A DNA stretch of 32,000 nt from Candidatus Nitrosopumilus sp. SW (GTDB lineage: Archaea; Thermoproteota; Nitrososphaeria; Nitrososphaerales; Nitrosopumilaceae): NCBI RefSeq assembly GCF_006740685.1, contig NZ_CP035425.1:131687-163686 (forward strand). Reading direction: 5' to 3'. Positions 24,341-32,000 of the stretch are shown here, piece by piece (position 1 is the stretch's first letter; each line of letters starts with the position of its first letter). The notes under the pieces are model-generated. The model searched no databases. It was not told where the DNA came from and saw nothing but the letters and a program-made list of their open reading frames with translations. The position numbers and the translations under genes were made by a program.

Positions 24341-24373
24341 TAGGTCAACCTATTATAGGTAGGTCAACTATTA
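24341..24373. promoter_or_regulatory. Direct repeat TAGGTCAAC(C)TATTA x2 in the promoter of the wHTH gene (candidate operator)
   Basis: The copies lie at 24341-24355 and 24360-24373 with starts 19 bp apart. They sit 7-40 nt upstream of the reverse-strand ATG at 24334 and overlap the TATA-like CTATAATA. Confidence 0.35.
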
Positions 24374-24646
24374 AAAAATTCCGGCAGGCACAAAAGATTA
24401 GGGCAAATTGTGTAAAAAAATTTGGCACATACATTTAGATCCAAGAAGGAAAGACAGATTGTGAGATGGGCACGCAGGAATTAACTAGTGAGCAGAAAGA
24501 AGCAATTCAACAAAAAATCATCGATGCATGCAAAAAAGACATGGGGCATGTTCAAAGAATATGCTCAGAGATTTAAAATCAAGCCTGATTGAAAAATAGG
24601 CGAAAATCTGTTTTATATTTAAATTCAAGAAAAAAATCCGATCTGT

Positions 24647-26725
24647 GTGATTCGAGGGGCAACAATTACAGTTTCGGCATTAATTTTGATAGGATTTGTA
24701 ACTCCTGGTTTTGCTCAAATAGATTCTGAGATATTTCCAGAGTGGATAAAGACCACCATAAAATTTTGGGCAGAAGGAATGATGACAGATACAGAGTTAA
24801 AAAATGCCCTAGAATATATGATTAAAAACAAAATCATCGTAATTGATGAGCCTTCAAAAGGATTTGGAGGTATTTTGATGACAGATGATCAGAAAATCAT
24901 TTCAGGAGTATCATTTGTAGGATTAGATTTATCAGAAGTCAATTTTGTTGGTGCCAAAATAATTGATGTAGACTTTACAGGGGCGGACTTGTCTGGAAAA
25001 GACTTTACATGGACATCATTTCACAATGTGGACTTTACTAATACCAATCTTAGTGATACGAATCTATCAAAACAAAATTTGTCAGATGTAATTTTAAAGG
25101 GAACTATTTTGAAAAATTCTGACCTAAGTGGTTCTAACTTTGAAGGGGTGATTTTTGATAATGTTGATCTATCAAACACAAATCTACAGAATGCAAACTT
25201 GAAAGAGATCACAATGAAAAATTCCATTCTAACAAATGCAAATCTTGAAAAAGTTAATCTGCTCAAAAGTACAATTAGCCAAACAAGATTAGATGAAACT
25301 AATTTGAAAAATGCAATCCTAAAAGATAGTGATCTTAGTTGGTCAATGTTTGATAATGCAGATTTAACAGGAGCTGATTTATCAAATGCCAGATTTGAAA
25401 ATACAAATTTTAGATTAGTTAATTTCCAAAATGCCAAACTAGATGGAGTAGACTTTAGAGATGCAACCCTTGAAGAGGCCAATCTATCAAATGCAAAACT
25501 GATGAAGTCTAATTTGGCAGACATGAAATTAAATAAAATTAATTTATCGGGTGCAAATCTGACAGGTTCAGACATATCAAATTCCCTGTTTATTGAGGCT
25601 AATTTGGCAAATTCTGACTTTGATTTCTCAGATGCCAGAGGAGCTGATTTCAGATGGGCAGACATGACAAATTCCAGATGGAGTAATTCTGATTTATCAA
25701 ATACGGATCTGAGCAATGCAGATATGACATTTTCAGTAATTGATGGTGCAAATACTACAAATGCAATAATAACTGACACAGTATTCACAGACGTCAAAAT
25801 TACAGAATCACAAGTAAGGGGATTTGTTAATGATTGTAAAATTAAATCATTTTCAAATTTAATTGGATGTAATTTATCAGGCGAGTCTCTATCAGAAATT
25901 CAAATTAATAATTCAGATTTGAGATTTGCAGATTTATCAGATGCAGTTTTAGAAAACATTGATCTTTCAGACTCTAATTTGGAGAGTTCCAACCTACAAA
26001 GAGTAAAATTGATTGGTGTTGATTTCTCAAAATCAGATTTTAAAAATACAATGATGAACAATTCAACTTTGAGCAATGTTATATTCACAGATGTCTCATT
26101 AGAAGGAATTAATCTAAAAGACAGTGTAATTTCTAATGTTAATTTTGTCGATGTCAATCTAGAAGGTGCTGATATGAGTTTTTCACAGATTTCAGATTCA
26201 GATATGACGGGAGCTGATATGCAAGGAGCTGATATGCGTTATGCAATTATCGAAAATTCAATTGCAAAGTATGTTAACTTTAAGGATGCAAATCTAGATA
26301 CAATTACAATTACAAATTCAGATTTGTCTAAATCAAACTTTGAAGGAGCACATCTAAATCAGATTGATTTTGATAATGTAAATTTGAAACACACAGACAT
26401 GACAGGATTGAATTTGGAAAATGACAAAATGACAAACTCTGATTTTTCAGGAGCAATACTTTCTAAAATCAAATTGGCAGGTGCAAATTTGAAAAATTCC
26501 ATATTTACAAATACAGAGATTAAATTTGCAAATCTCGCAGGTGTTGATTTGACAAATGCAGATTTGAGTGGAAGTAATCTAGAAGGATCAATTTTGACTA
26601 GTGCAATACTTGTTCAAGCAGACTTTACTGATGCAGACCTTACACTTGCAGATTTAACAAATTCCAACACACAATATGCAAAGTTTAACGGAATAATTTC
26701 AGATAATTGTGAAGGTTGTCCTTAG
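24647..26725 (+). CDS. Secreted pentapeptide-repeat protein
   Basis: 692 aa with a GTG start. The signal peptide is MIRGATITVSALILIGFVTPGFA/QI, followed by a roughly 40-aa helical module (FPEWIKTTIKFWAEGMMTDTELKNALEYMIKNKII). About 600 aa of A(D/N)LxX pentapeptide repeats follow, and the protein ends NCEGCP. Confidence 0.9.
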   Translation: MIRGATITVSALILIGFVTPGFAQIDSEIFPEWIKTTIKFWAEGMMTDTELKNALEYMIKNKIIVIDEPSKGFGGILMTDDQKIISGVSFVGLDLSEVNFVGAKIIDVDFTGADLSGKDFTWTSFHNVDFTNTNLSDTNLSKQNLSDVILKGTILKNSDLSGSNFEGVIFDNVDLSNTNLQNANLKEITMKNSILTNANLEKVNLLKSTISQTRLDETNLKNAILKDSDLSWSMFDNADLTGADLSNARFENTNFRLVNFQNAKLDGVDFRDATLEEANLSNAKLMKSNLADMKLNKINLSGANLTGSDISNSLFIEANLANSDFDFSDARGADFRWADMTNSRWSNSDLSNTDLSNADMTFSVIDGANTTNAIITDTVFTDVKITESQVRGFVNDCKIKSFSNLIGCNLSGESLSEIQINNSDLRFADLSDAVLENIDLSDSNLESSNLQRVKLIGVDFSKSDFKNTMMNNSTLSNVIFTDVSLEGINLKDSVISNVNFVDVNLEGADMSFSQISDSDMTGADMQGADMRYAIIENSIAKYVNFKDANLDTITITNSDLSKSNFEGAHLNQIDFDNVNLKHTDMTGLNLENDKMTNSDFSGAILSKIKLAGANLKNSIFTNTEIKFANLAGVDLTNADLSGSNLEGSILTSAILVQADFTDADLTLADLTNSNTQYAKFNGIISDNCEGCP
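24899..26701 (+). repeat. In-frame tandem pentapeptide coding repeats (15-nt unit, roughly 120 units)
   Basis: Recurrent (S/T/N)xA(D/N)L(S/T)G / NL..A.L strings run throughout. The repeats create long stop-free shadow ORFs on the opposite strand. Confidence 0.8.
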
Positions 26726-26855
26726 AACAAAGGATTTTTGTAAAAAATTAGAATCTATTCGTTGTAGATAGACCCATTTTAGGAATGATTTTTGCCATAC
26801 AACTTGGTTTATCACTGTCGAAAAAAATTATTAATGAAAATCCAAAAAAACTGTT

Positions 26856-27239
26856 ATGTCAAATGTTGAATTGATCAAACTATTCTATAATGCATTTAAG
26901 AATCAGGACAAAAATACCTGCACTGATTTGTGTGATGATAAAATTCAGTGGCAGTTAGCTGAGGGTATGCCAAGTGGAGGCACATATGTCGGAAAAAAGG
27001 CAGTATTTGACGAGTATTTTCCAAAGATGTTGTCTAATTTCAAAGAGTTTCATGCAGTTCCAGAACAATTCACAGACATGAAAGACCATGTAATGGTAAC
27101 TGGAACATATTCAGGAATATCAAATAGCGGCAAATCATTTCAAGTAGAGTTTTCTCACATGTATCATATTCAAGATGGAAAAATTACTCAATTCAGACAA
27201 TTTACAGATACTCAGAAAATCCAAGAGTCCTTAACATAA
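26856..27239 (+). CDS. SnoaL-like / NTF2-fold protein
   Basis: 127 aa. The N-terminus LIKLFYNAFKNQD and the C-terminus HMYHIQDGKITQFRQFTDT are typical of SnoaL-like (ketosteroid-isomerase-like) domains. Confidence 0.8.
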   Translation: MSNVELIKLFYNAFKNQDKNTCTDLCDDKIQWQLAEGMPSGGTYVGKKAVFDEYFPKMLSNFKEFHAVPEQFTDMKDHVMVTGTYSGISNSGKSFQVEFSHMYHIQDGKITQFRQFTDTQKIQESLT

Positions 27240-27247
27240 TGTGAATG

Positions 27248-27382
27248 TTATTTCTCAGATGAGGTGTTTGAGGCATCAAAACTATCAATACTCTGAAACC
27301 ATGCAGATTCTATTTTCTTTAATTCAACATCTAATTTTTTTAGGTCTTCTTTTAGAAGTTTAACTTTATCTTCCAGATTCAT
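27248..27382 (-). CDS. Candidate 44-aa coiled-coil micro-protein, translationally coupled to the YbjQ-domain gene
   Basis: Not in the track. Its ATG overlaps the upstream TGA as ATGA. Translation is MNLEDKVKLLKEDLKKLDVELKKIESAWFQSIDSFDASNTSSEK. Confidence 0.4.
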   Translation of the reverse strand: MNLEDKVKLLKEDLKKLDVELKKIESAWFQSIDSFDASNTSSEK

Positions 27383-28053
27383 TTTCTTGTTCTTGTAATT
27401 ACTGCAGTACCTGTAGCTATCACCATTAACATTTGTTTATTTTTTCCCTCTACAGAATTAAAAGCAACATTTACTCCAACTACTGCATTTGCCCCCATTC
27501 TTCTTGCATCTTCTGTCATTTGCTTTATTGCTTCATCTTTTGCAGTTCTAAAGTTTCTCTCCATGATCCCAGAACGTCCACCAAACGTATCACTTAATCC
27601 CATTACCCAGTCTTTGAGAAACATTAAACCAATTGCAGTTTGACCGCTAACAATTCCAAGATATGCAACAATTTCACGTCCCTCTACATCCAAAGTTGTA
27701 GTTACAACCCCTTGCTCAAACTCTCTTATTTTGGCTAGAAGGTATTCATAATCCACACCATAAAGATTCTCATTGTTGGTTAGTTTCTCTCTTAATTCAT
27801 CCCATCGTTCTTTATGTCCAATTCCTTGTTCTTCCAATGTCTGAATTTTTTCTAATTGCCATTCTCGTTTTTTTCCTAGTGCTCTAGTGTATTCTTCACC
27901 TATTTGGCGATAATAATGATATTCCTCTTCGTCAAGTTCTTGATTTTTTTGTAATTTCTTTTTGATTCCTTTCCATTTTTTCTTTTCTCCAAACTCTTGT
28001 TGTTCCATCAAAACAATATTGTGAAGAACATTTTCAGGGTTGTAATCATCCAA
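27379..28053 (-). CDS. YbjQ/UPF0145 (putative heavy-metal-binding) domain protein with N-terminal tandem helical repeats
   Basis: 224 aa. The C-terminal 105 aa (VVTTTLDVEGREIVAYLGIVSG...FGGRSG...EA...M...A...GANAVVGV...MLMVIATGTAV) fit YbjQ_1. The start is either TTG 28053 or ATG 28008. Confidence 0.85.
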   Translation of the reverse strand: MDDYNPENVLHNIVLMEQQEFGEKKKWKGIKKKLQKNQELDEEEYHYYRQIGEEYTRALGKKREWQLEKIQTLEEQGIGHKERWDELREKLTNNENLYGVDYEYLLAKIREFEQGVVTTTLDVEGREIVAYLGIVSGQTAIGLMFLKDWVMGLSDTFGGRSGIMERNFRTAKDEAIKQMTEDARRMGANAVVGVNVAFNSVEGKNKQMLMVIATGTAVITRTRK

Positions 28054-28143
28054 TAATTATGAGAATCATAATGTCTTAGATAAGGTTATAGAAGATATCG
28101 ATACACTATACTAAATTATGGTTAATTTTAAAAAATATCTTAT

Positions 28144-29343
28144 TTAATCTGGACATCCATCATCATCCTTGTAACCATTGTATGTTTCAGGTTTTGTATT
28201 ACACATATCACGTGTATCATCAATTCCATCATTATCTAAATCAATTGTATTTTTTGAAGAAGAGCCAAACTGTCTGAATAAATCTTCAAAAAACCATATC
28301 AATCCATCAAAAGGTCCCATTGCAACGCATTGACCATTTTTCTCATACGTTCCCGAACCACAGGATAAACCACTTGATAATGAATTAGAAGATGTTTGTT
28401 TTGAGAGTGTTGTTGCTTTTTTAATTGTAAATCCTTGTGAATCGCTTGATTTGATATATGTTATTGCCTTGTTTGATTTGCTTTTTTCACCATAAAATTC
28501 AGCCTTGATTTGATGACTTCCATAACCAGGACTGAAATTCCAAGACCATTGATTGGTTGTGAGTCCAGATTGAGATGATCTTCCGTCTACAGAAATTGCA
28601 ATACTTGTTGAATGAACTTTATTGCCATTTTCATCTGTCAAAGTAGGTTTTACTTGAATACATCCTTGACATGTTCCATCACGAACATCTAATGATAGAT
28701 TTGTAAACACTGTTTTCTTTAATGGGATAGTAACTTTCATGTTTGGAGACGGTTCTAATCGATATGTGTCAGATGCTAATTTTTGATTAAACAAAACCAC
28801 ATTCAAGTTTGCACCAAATTCTGTATCAAGAAGGGTATTGATATCCAGAGTTATTGAATCGTAATTTCTAATATTTTCATTTACTGAAACACGAAATGTT
28901 TTTGCAGTCATACTATCAAGTGAAATCCAATCATTTGAAACGATGTAGGCAGGGCCTGATACTTTGGGCAATACATGAGCTCTTGAATCTGCAAATAACC
29001 CGATTCCATATCCTCCAGGAATTCCAAAGGTTGCTTCTTGGCCTAAAACTAAATCTGCAGGAAACGTACCTACTTTATCTCCATCAAAGGTTACAGTTGA
29101 TGTAACAGTACTTGATTTTGGCACAAGTGTAATTTCAACAACATCTCCTGCCTCAATTTCAGAAGGAGTAATAATGTTGAATCTTAGATCATATTTTGCA
29201 ACAATGTCTAATGGACCTAAATCCACTAATAGTGATGAACTAGTAGTTCTGGAATAAGTTTCTGCAAAAGCAAAACTTGTACTAGTAAAAACTATTCCGC
29301 TAATAATTAGAATGATGAAAAATACATTTCTCATGATTTTCAT
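28144..29343 (-). CDS. Secreted beta-rich protein with C-terminal TSP3-like Ca-binding/Cys motif
   Basis: 399 aa. The signal peptide is MKIMRNVFFIILIISGIVFTSTSFAFA/ET. The C-terminus is DLDNDGIDDTRDMCNTKPETYNGYKDDDGCPD (DxDxDGxxDxxDxC type). Confidence 0.8.
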   Translation of the reverse strand: MKIMRNVFFIILIISGIVFTSTSFAFAETYSRTTSSSLLVDLGPLDIVAKYDLRFNIITPSEIEAGDVVEITLVPKSSTVTSTVTFDGDKVGTFPADLVLGQEATFGIPGGYGIGLFADSRAHVLPKVSGPAYIVSNDWISLDSMTAKTFRVSVNENIRNYDSITLDINTLLDTEFGANLNVVLFNQKLASDTYRLEPSPNMKVTIPLKKTVFTNLSLDVRDGTCQGCIQVKPTLTDENGNKVHSTSIAISVDGRSSQSGLTTNQWSWNFSPGYGSHQIKAEFYGEKSKSNKAITYIKSSDSQGFTIKKATTLSKQTSSNSLSSGLSCGSGTYEKNGQCVAMGPFDGLIWFFEDLFRQFGSSSKNTIDLDNDGIDDTRDMCNTKPETYNGYKDDDGCPD

Positions 29344-29384
29344 AATTTATGAGTATTAGATAAAAGAAGCGGTGTCTAAAAACA

Positions 29385-29909
29385 TCATGGTCTTTCTTTA
29401 ATCTCTACGGGAATATTTTCTGTGATTCCTTTTGATAGATCTGCAAGTGTTTTCTCAAATGTCTCAGGTGGAATAATGTCATCTATTCTTTGATTTGCAA
29501 TTGTAATATCATAGTTAATGTATGCAAACAACCCTAATCCTAAGACAATTCCTATTGGAACAAGTATCATGATTTTCTTTTTTGTTCTTCTTCTCATTCT
29601 AAATTGGCGGTTGTGACTGCCTGCACCTCCATATCCCCTATATCCTCTGTATGGTCCGGCTTTTGCCAAAAACAAAACTCCAAAGAACCCTGAAATCCAG
29701 GGAGAATAATAAAACACTTGAACTTTCATGCATTGACCAGTAATACCAAATGCATCCCCCCATCCTGAATCACACATTTTGGTGATTTTTTCAATTGATG
29801 AAGTTCCAAAAAATCCCAGTCGGTCATCTTTGATATCTTCAATGTAAAAATACATCACAACTGCAATTATCAAAAGAATAATTCCAACTGAAAATTTGAA
29901 ACTGTCCAA
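29385..29909 (-). CDS. Membrane protein, hypothetical
   Basis: 174 aa with a TTG start and three hydrophobic segments. A GYRGYGGAGSHNRQFRMRRRTKKK loop is present. Confidence 0.6.
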   Translation of the reverse strand: MDSFKFSVGIILLIIAVVMYFYIEDIKDDRLGFFGTSSIEKITKMCDSGWGDAFGITGQCMKVQVFYYSPWISGFFGVLFLAKAGPYRGYRGYGGAGSHNRQFRMRRRTKKKIMILVPIGIVLGLGLFAYINYDITIANQRIDDIIPPETFEKTLADLSKGITENIPVEIKERP

Positions 29910-30000
29910 TGATTATCAGAATTTTGTATGAATTTAAGAATGTTCTAAAACTTTACGAGAACCGTCAGAAATTTACGCGTAGAATACGGGATTTCTATTT

Positions 30001-32000
30001 TTACTCTTTATCGATAAATTCGCTGGCGTTTGGAGGTTCTGGAGCAAGTCCTTTTCTCTTTCTAATATCAGCAACAGCAGTTGCCAACATTGATTTTGGA
30101 ACTTCGGTCCATTCTTTAAATGAGGTATTCCATGTTGCACGTCCTGCAGTTTGACCTCTCATCTCTTCAGATAGAGTGAATGTTTCAGAGGCTGGAATTT
30201 CTCCAGTAACAATACTTGATGCACCTTTTTGGGACATATCAAGAACTTTACCACGTTTACCAGAAAGAACTGTTGCAACATTTCCAACTAAATCAGTTGG
30301 TACACGAACTTCAATTGCTAAAGTTGGTTCCAAGACAGCAGTTCCTGCAGTTAGTAGTGCACCCATACATGCTCTACGTGAAGCAGGTCCTAATTGAGAC
30401 AAACCTCTGTGAGCAGTATCCTCGTGAGGAACAAAGTGAGTAAAGGTAAATTTACAATCTCTCATCTGTTCTTTACATAGAGGACCTTCTTTCATCACTT
30501 CATCAAAACCAGAATTAATAGAATCAGTAGATTCTTGAACAAATTGAACACCTTTTGTTCCGTTAATCAAAACATTACCACGAGAATCAAATTTCATAAC
30601 TCTCTTGATTGTGTCAGTATCCCATCCTGCACCTTTGAGTAAATCTGCAACGACTTTTTTGTCTTTCATATCACTGATTTCACCAGTTCTAAGCATATGG
30701 GCAATTTCAGGCTCCAATGGTTCGACTTTCATGAAAATCTTGTTGTGTCTGTTTGGGGATTTTGCCATGATTGGTTCACATCCGGCCTTGACAGTCTCTC
30801 TGTAGTTGATTAATGGCTCAGAAGTAACAATTTCACATTTTGCATCCTGAATTCTGTGTGTTGCAACATCCAAGTGCAAAACACCCATTCCGGCAACAAT
30901 AGTTTCACCACTTTCCTCATCAATCTTTACAATAAGATTTGGATCTTCAATGGTTAACTGTCTGAGAATTTCAACTAGTTTAGGTAAATCTTTAGGATGT
31001 TTTGGTTCAATTGCAACTTGAACAACTGGTTCTGAAACATATTTGACACCTTCAAACATTGGAATGTCTTTAACAGAAGATAATGTGTTACCTGCTCTTG
31101 CTTCAGTTAATCCTAATAATGCAGGAATGTTTCCAGCTCCAAGTTCTCCGACTTGTTCTCTTTGGTTTCCCATGAAAAAGTTTACAGATTGAACTCTTCC
31201 TTCACGTTTTTCATCTATGATGTTAATTGTTTGACCGTCTTTGATAGTTCCAGAGAATAATCTTCCAATTGCAACAGGACCTGCTGCAGGATCTAATACC
31301 ATGTTTACAATCATCATGATTGTTGGACCAGAATCATCACATGCAAGTAATGCTTTTCCAACATCAGAATCTAAATCACCTTTCCAAATTTGTGGAATTC
31401 TGTACTTTACTGCATCTTTAGGAGCAGGATGATGTTTTACAACCATTCCAAGTACTGCATCAGCTAAAGGTGCTTTCTCAACTAGGTCTGCAACCTTTTC
31501 ATTTTCATATGCATCAATAACATCTTTGAATGTAATTCCTCTCTCTTTCATCAAATCAACGTTAATTGCCCATCTGTCTTTTGCAGAACCAAATGTTACG
31601 CTTGCATCCTGAATAGAGACTTTCCATTTTTCTTTGTATTCAGGTTCTGCATAAGTATCAATTAATTGGTTAAAGTTAGAAACTACTTCTGCAAGTTGTG
31701 CTTGCATTTTTTCAGGAGTTAAACGGAGTTCTTTGATGAGTCTATCTACTTTGTTGATAAACAATACAGGTTTTACTCTCTCTTCAAGTGCCATTCTAGT
31801 GACAGTTTCAGTCTGAGTCATGATGCCTTCAACTGCATCACAAACAACTACTGCACCATCAATTGCCCTAAGACTACGAATTACCCTTCCACTAAAGTCT
31901 ACGTGTCCAGGAGTGTCAATCATGTTAATGACATATTCTTTGTCTTTTTGTTGAAAGAGCAAAGTAACGTTTGCTTGATAAATTGTAATTCCTCTTTGTT
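30001..32000 (-). CDS. fusA: Translation elongation factor 2 (aEF-2), N-terminus beyond window end
   Basis: The reading frame stays open to the window edge (...QRGITIYQANVTLLFQQKDKEYVINMIDTPGHVDF). The G2-G4 GTPase motifs, domains II-V and the diphthamide region HEDTAHRG are present. The track's M at 31962 is an internal TTG. Confidence 0.95.
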   Translation of the reverse strand, partial: QRGITIYQANVTLLFQQKDKEYVINMIDTPGHVDFSGRVIRSLRAIDGAVVVCDAVEGIMTQTETVTRMALEERVKPVLFINKVDRLIKELRLTPEKMQAQLAEVVSNFNQLIDTYAEPEYKEKWKVSIQDASVTFGSAKDRWAINVDLMKERGITFKDVIDAYENEKVADLVEKAPLADAVLGMVVKHHPAPKDAVKYRIPQIWKGDLDSDVGKALLACDDSGPTIMMIVNMVLDPAAGPVAIGRLFSGTIKDGQTINIIDEKREGRVQSVNFFMGNQREQVGELGAGNIPALLGLTEARAGNTLSSVKDIPMFEGVKYVSEPVVQVAIEPKHPKDLPKLVEILRQLTIEDPNLIVKIDEESGETIVAGMGVLHLDVATHRIQDAKCEIVTSEPLINYRETVKAGCEPIMAKSPNRHNKIFMKVEPLEPEIAHMLRTGEISDMKDKKVVADLLKGAGWDTDTIKRVMKFDSRGNVLINGTKGVQFVQESTDSINSGFDEVMKEGPLCKEQMRDCKFTFTHFVPHEDTAHRGLSQLGPASRRACMGALLTAGTAVLEPTLAIEVRVPTDLVGNVATVLSGKRGKVLDMSQKGASSIVTGEIPASETFTLSEEMRGQTAGRATWNTSFKEWTEVPKSMLATAVADIRKRKGLAPEPPNASEFIDKE

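Noticed and set aside
24466-24576. 36-aa forward ORF (MGTQELTSEQKEAIQQKIIDACKKDMGHVQRICSEI) between the wHTH and pentapeptide genes
   Set aside because: There is no convincing TATA spacing or ribosome-binding signal and no recognisable motif. It cannot be distinguished from a chance ORF without comparative data.
25021-26157. Reverse-strand ORFs of 258 aa (25021..25797) and 85 aa (25900..26157) inside the pentapeptide-repeat gene
   Set aside because: These are shadow ORFs. The antisense of the A(D/N)LxX coding repeat is naturally stop-poor and translates to S/F/K/L low-complexity strings. The forward frame has a signal peptide and a coherent repeat over 692 aa.
24899-26701. Regular short-period repetition that could superficially suggest a repeat array or CRISPR
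   Set aside because: The period is 15 nt (five codons), in frame and degenerate at the nucleotide level. There is no conserved 25-40-nt repeat alternating with unique spacers, and no cas genes are present.

Overview
A+T-rich (roughly one-third G+C by eye), very compact archaeal chromosome segment. The aEF-2 gene, the archaea-specific PurP enzyme, TATA-like boxes 22-30 nt upstream of start codons (short or absent leaders) and K/E/I/N-rich proteins suggest a Nitrosopumilus-like ammonia-oxidising thaumarchaeon; this is inference only. The left third (1-11.6 kb) is core metabolism: a reverse-strand purine operon purQ-purL-purF-DUF427-(TM protein)-purC, with purS just upstream as its own unit, then tatC-tatA, an SRPBCC gene coupled to ubiX, and purP. 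The right edge holds a 5'-truncated aEF-2 gene. The stretch from 11.7 to 29.9 kb looks accessory, with about 35 mostly small ORFs and frequent strand switches. It contains a CBS-KtrB/TrkH fusion transporter, a Cys-motif membrane protein, two roughly 190-aa winged-helix proteins, a DUF5615 PIN-like protein, an O-methyltransferase, a 482-aa coiled-coil protein, a secreted 692-aa pentapeptide-repeat protein, a SnoaL-like protein, a YbjQ-domain protein and a secreted protein with a TSP3-like Ca-binding tail. I found no rRNA, canonical tRNA, CRISPR array, transposase or integrase. Points worth a second look: (1) a GC-rich 94-nt three-way-junction RNA-like element after purP; (2) a roughly 40-aa tandem module shared by the coiled-coil and YbjQ proteins; (3) the exported pentapeptide-repeat rod; (4) four small genes missing from the ORF track (RHH, FCS/TRASH-like Zn ribbon, DUF1059, an ATGA-coupled 44-aa ORF); (5) a three-member family of 65-70-aa helical proteins; (6) heavy use of TTG/GTG starts and stop-to-stop convergent overlaps. 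No named defence or mobile system is recognisable. All family calls are from motif recognition by eye, not database searches.
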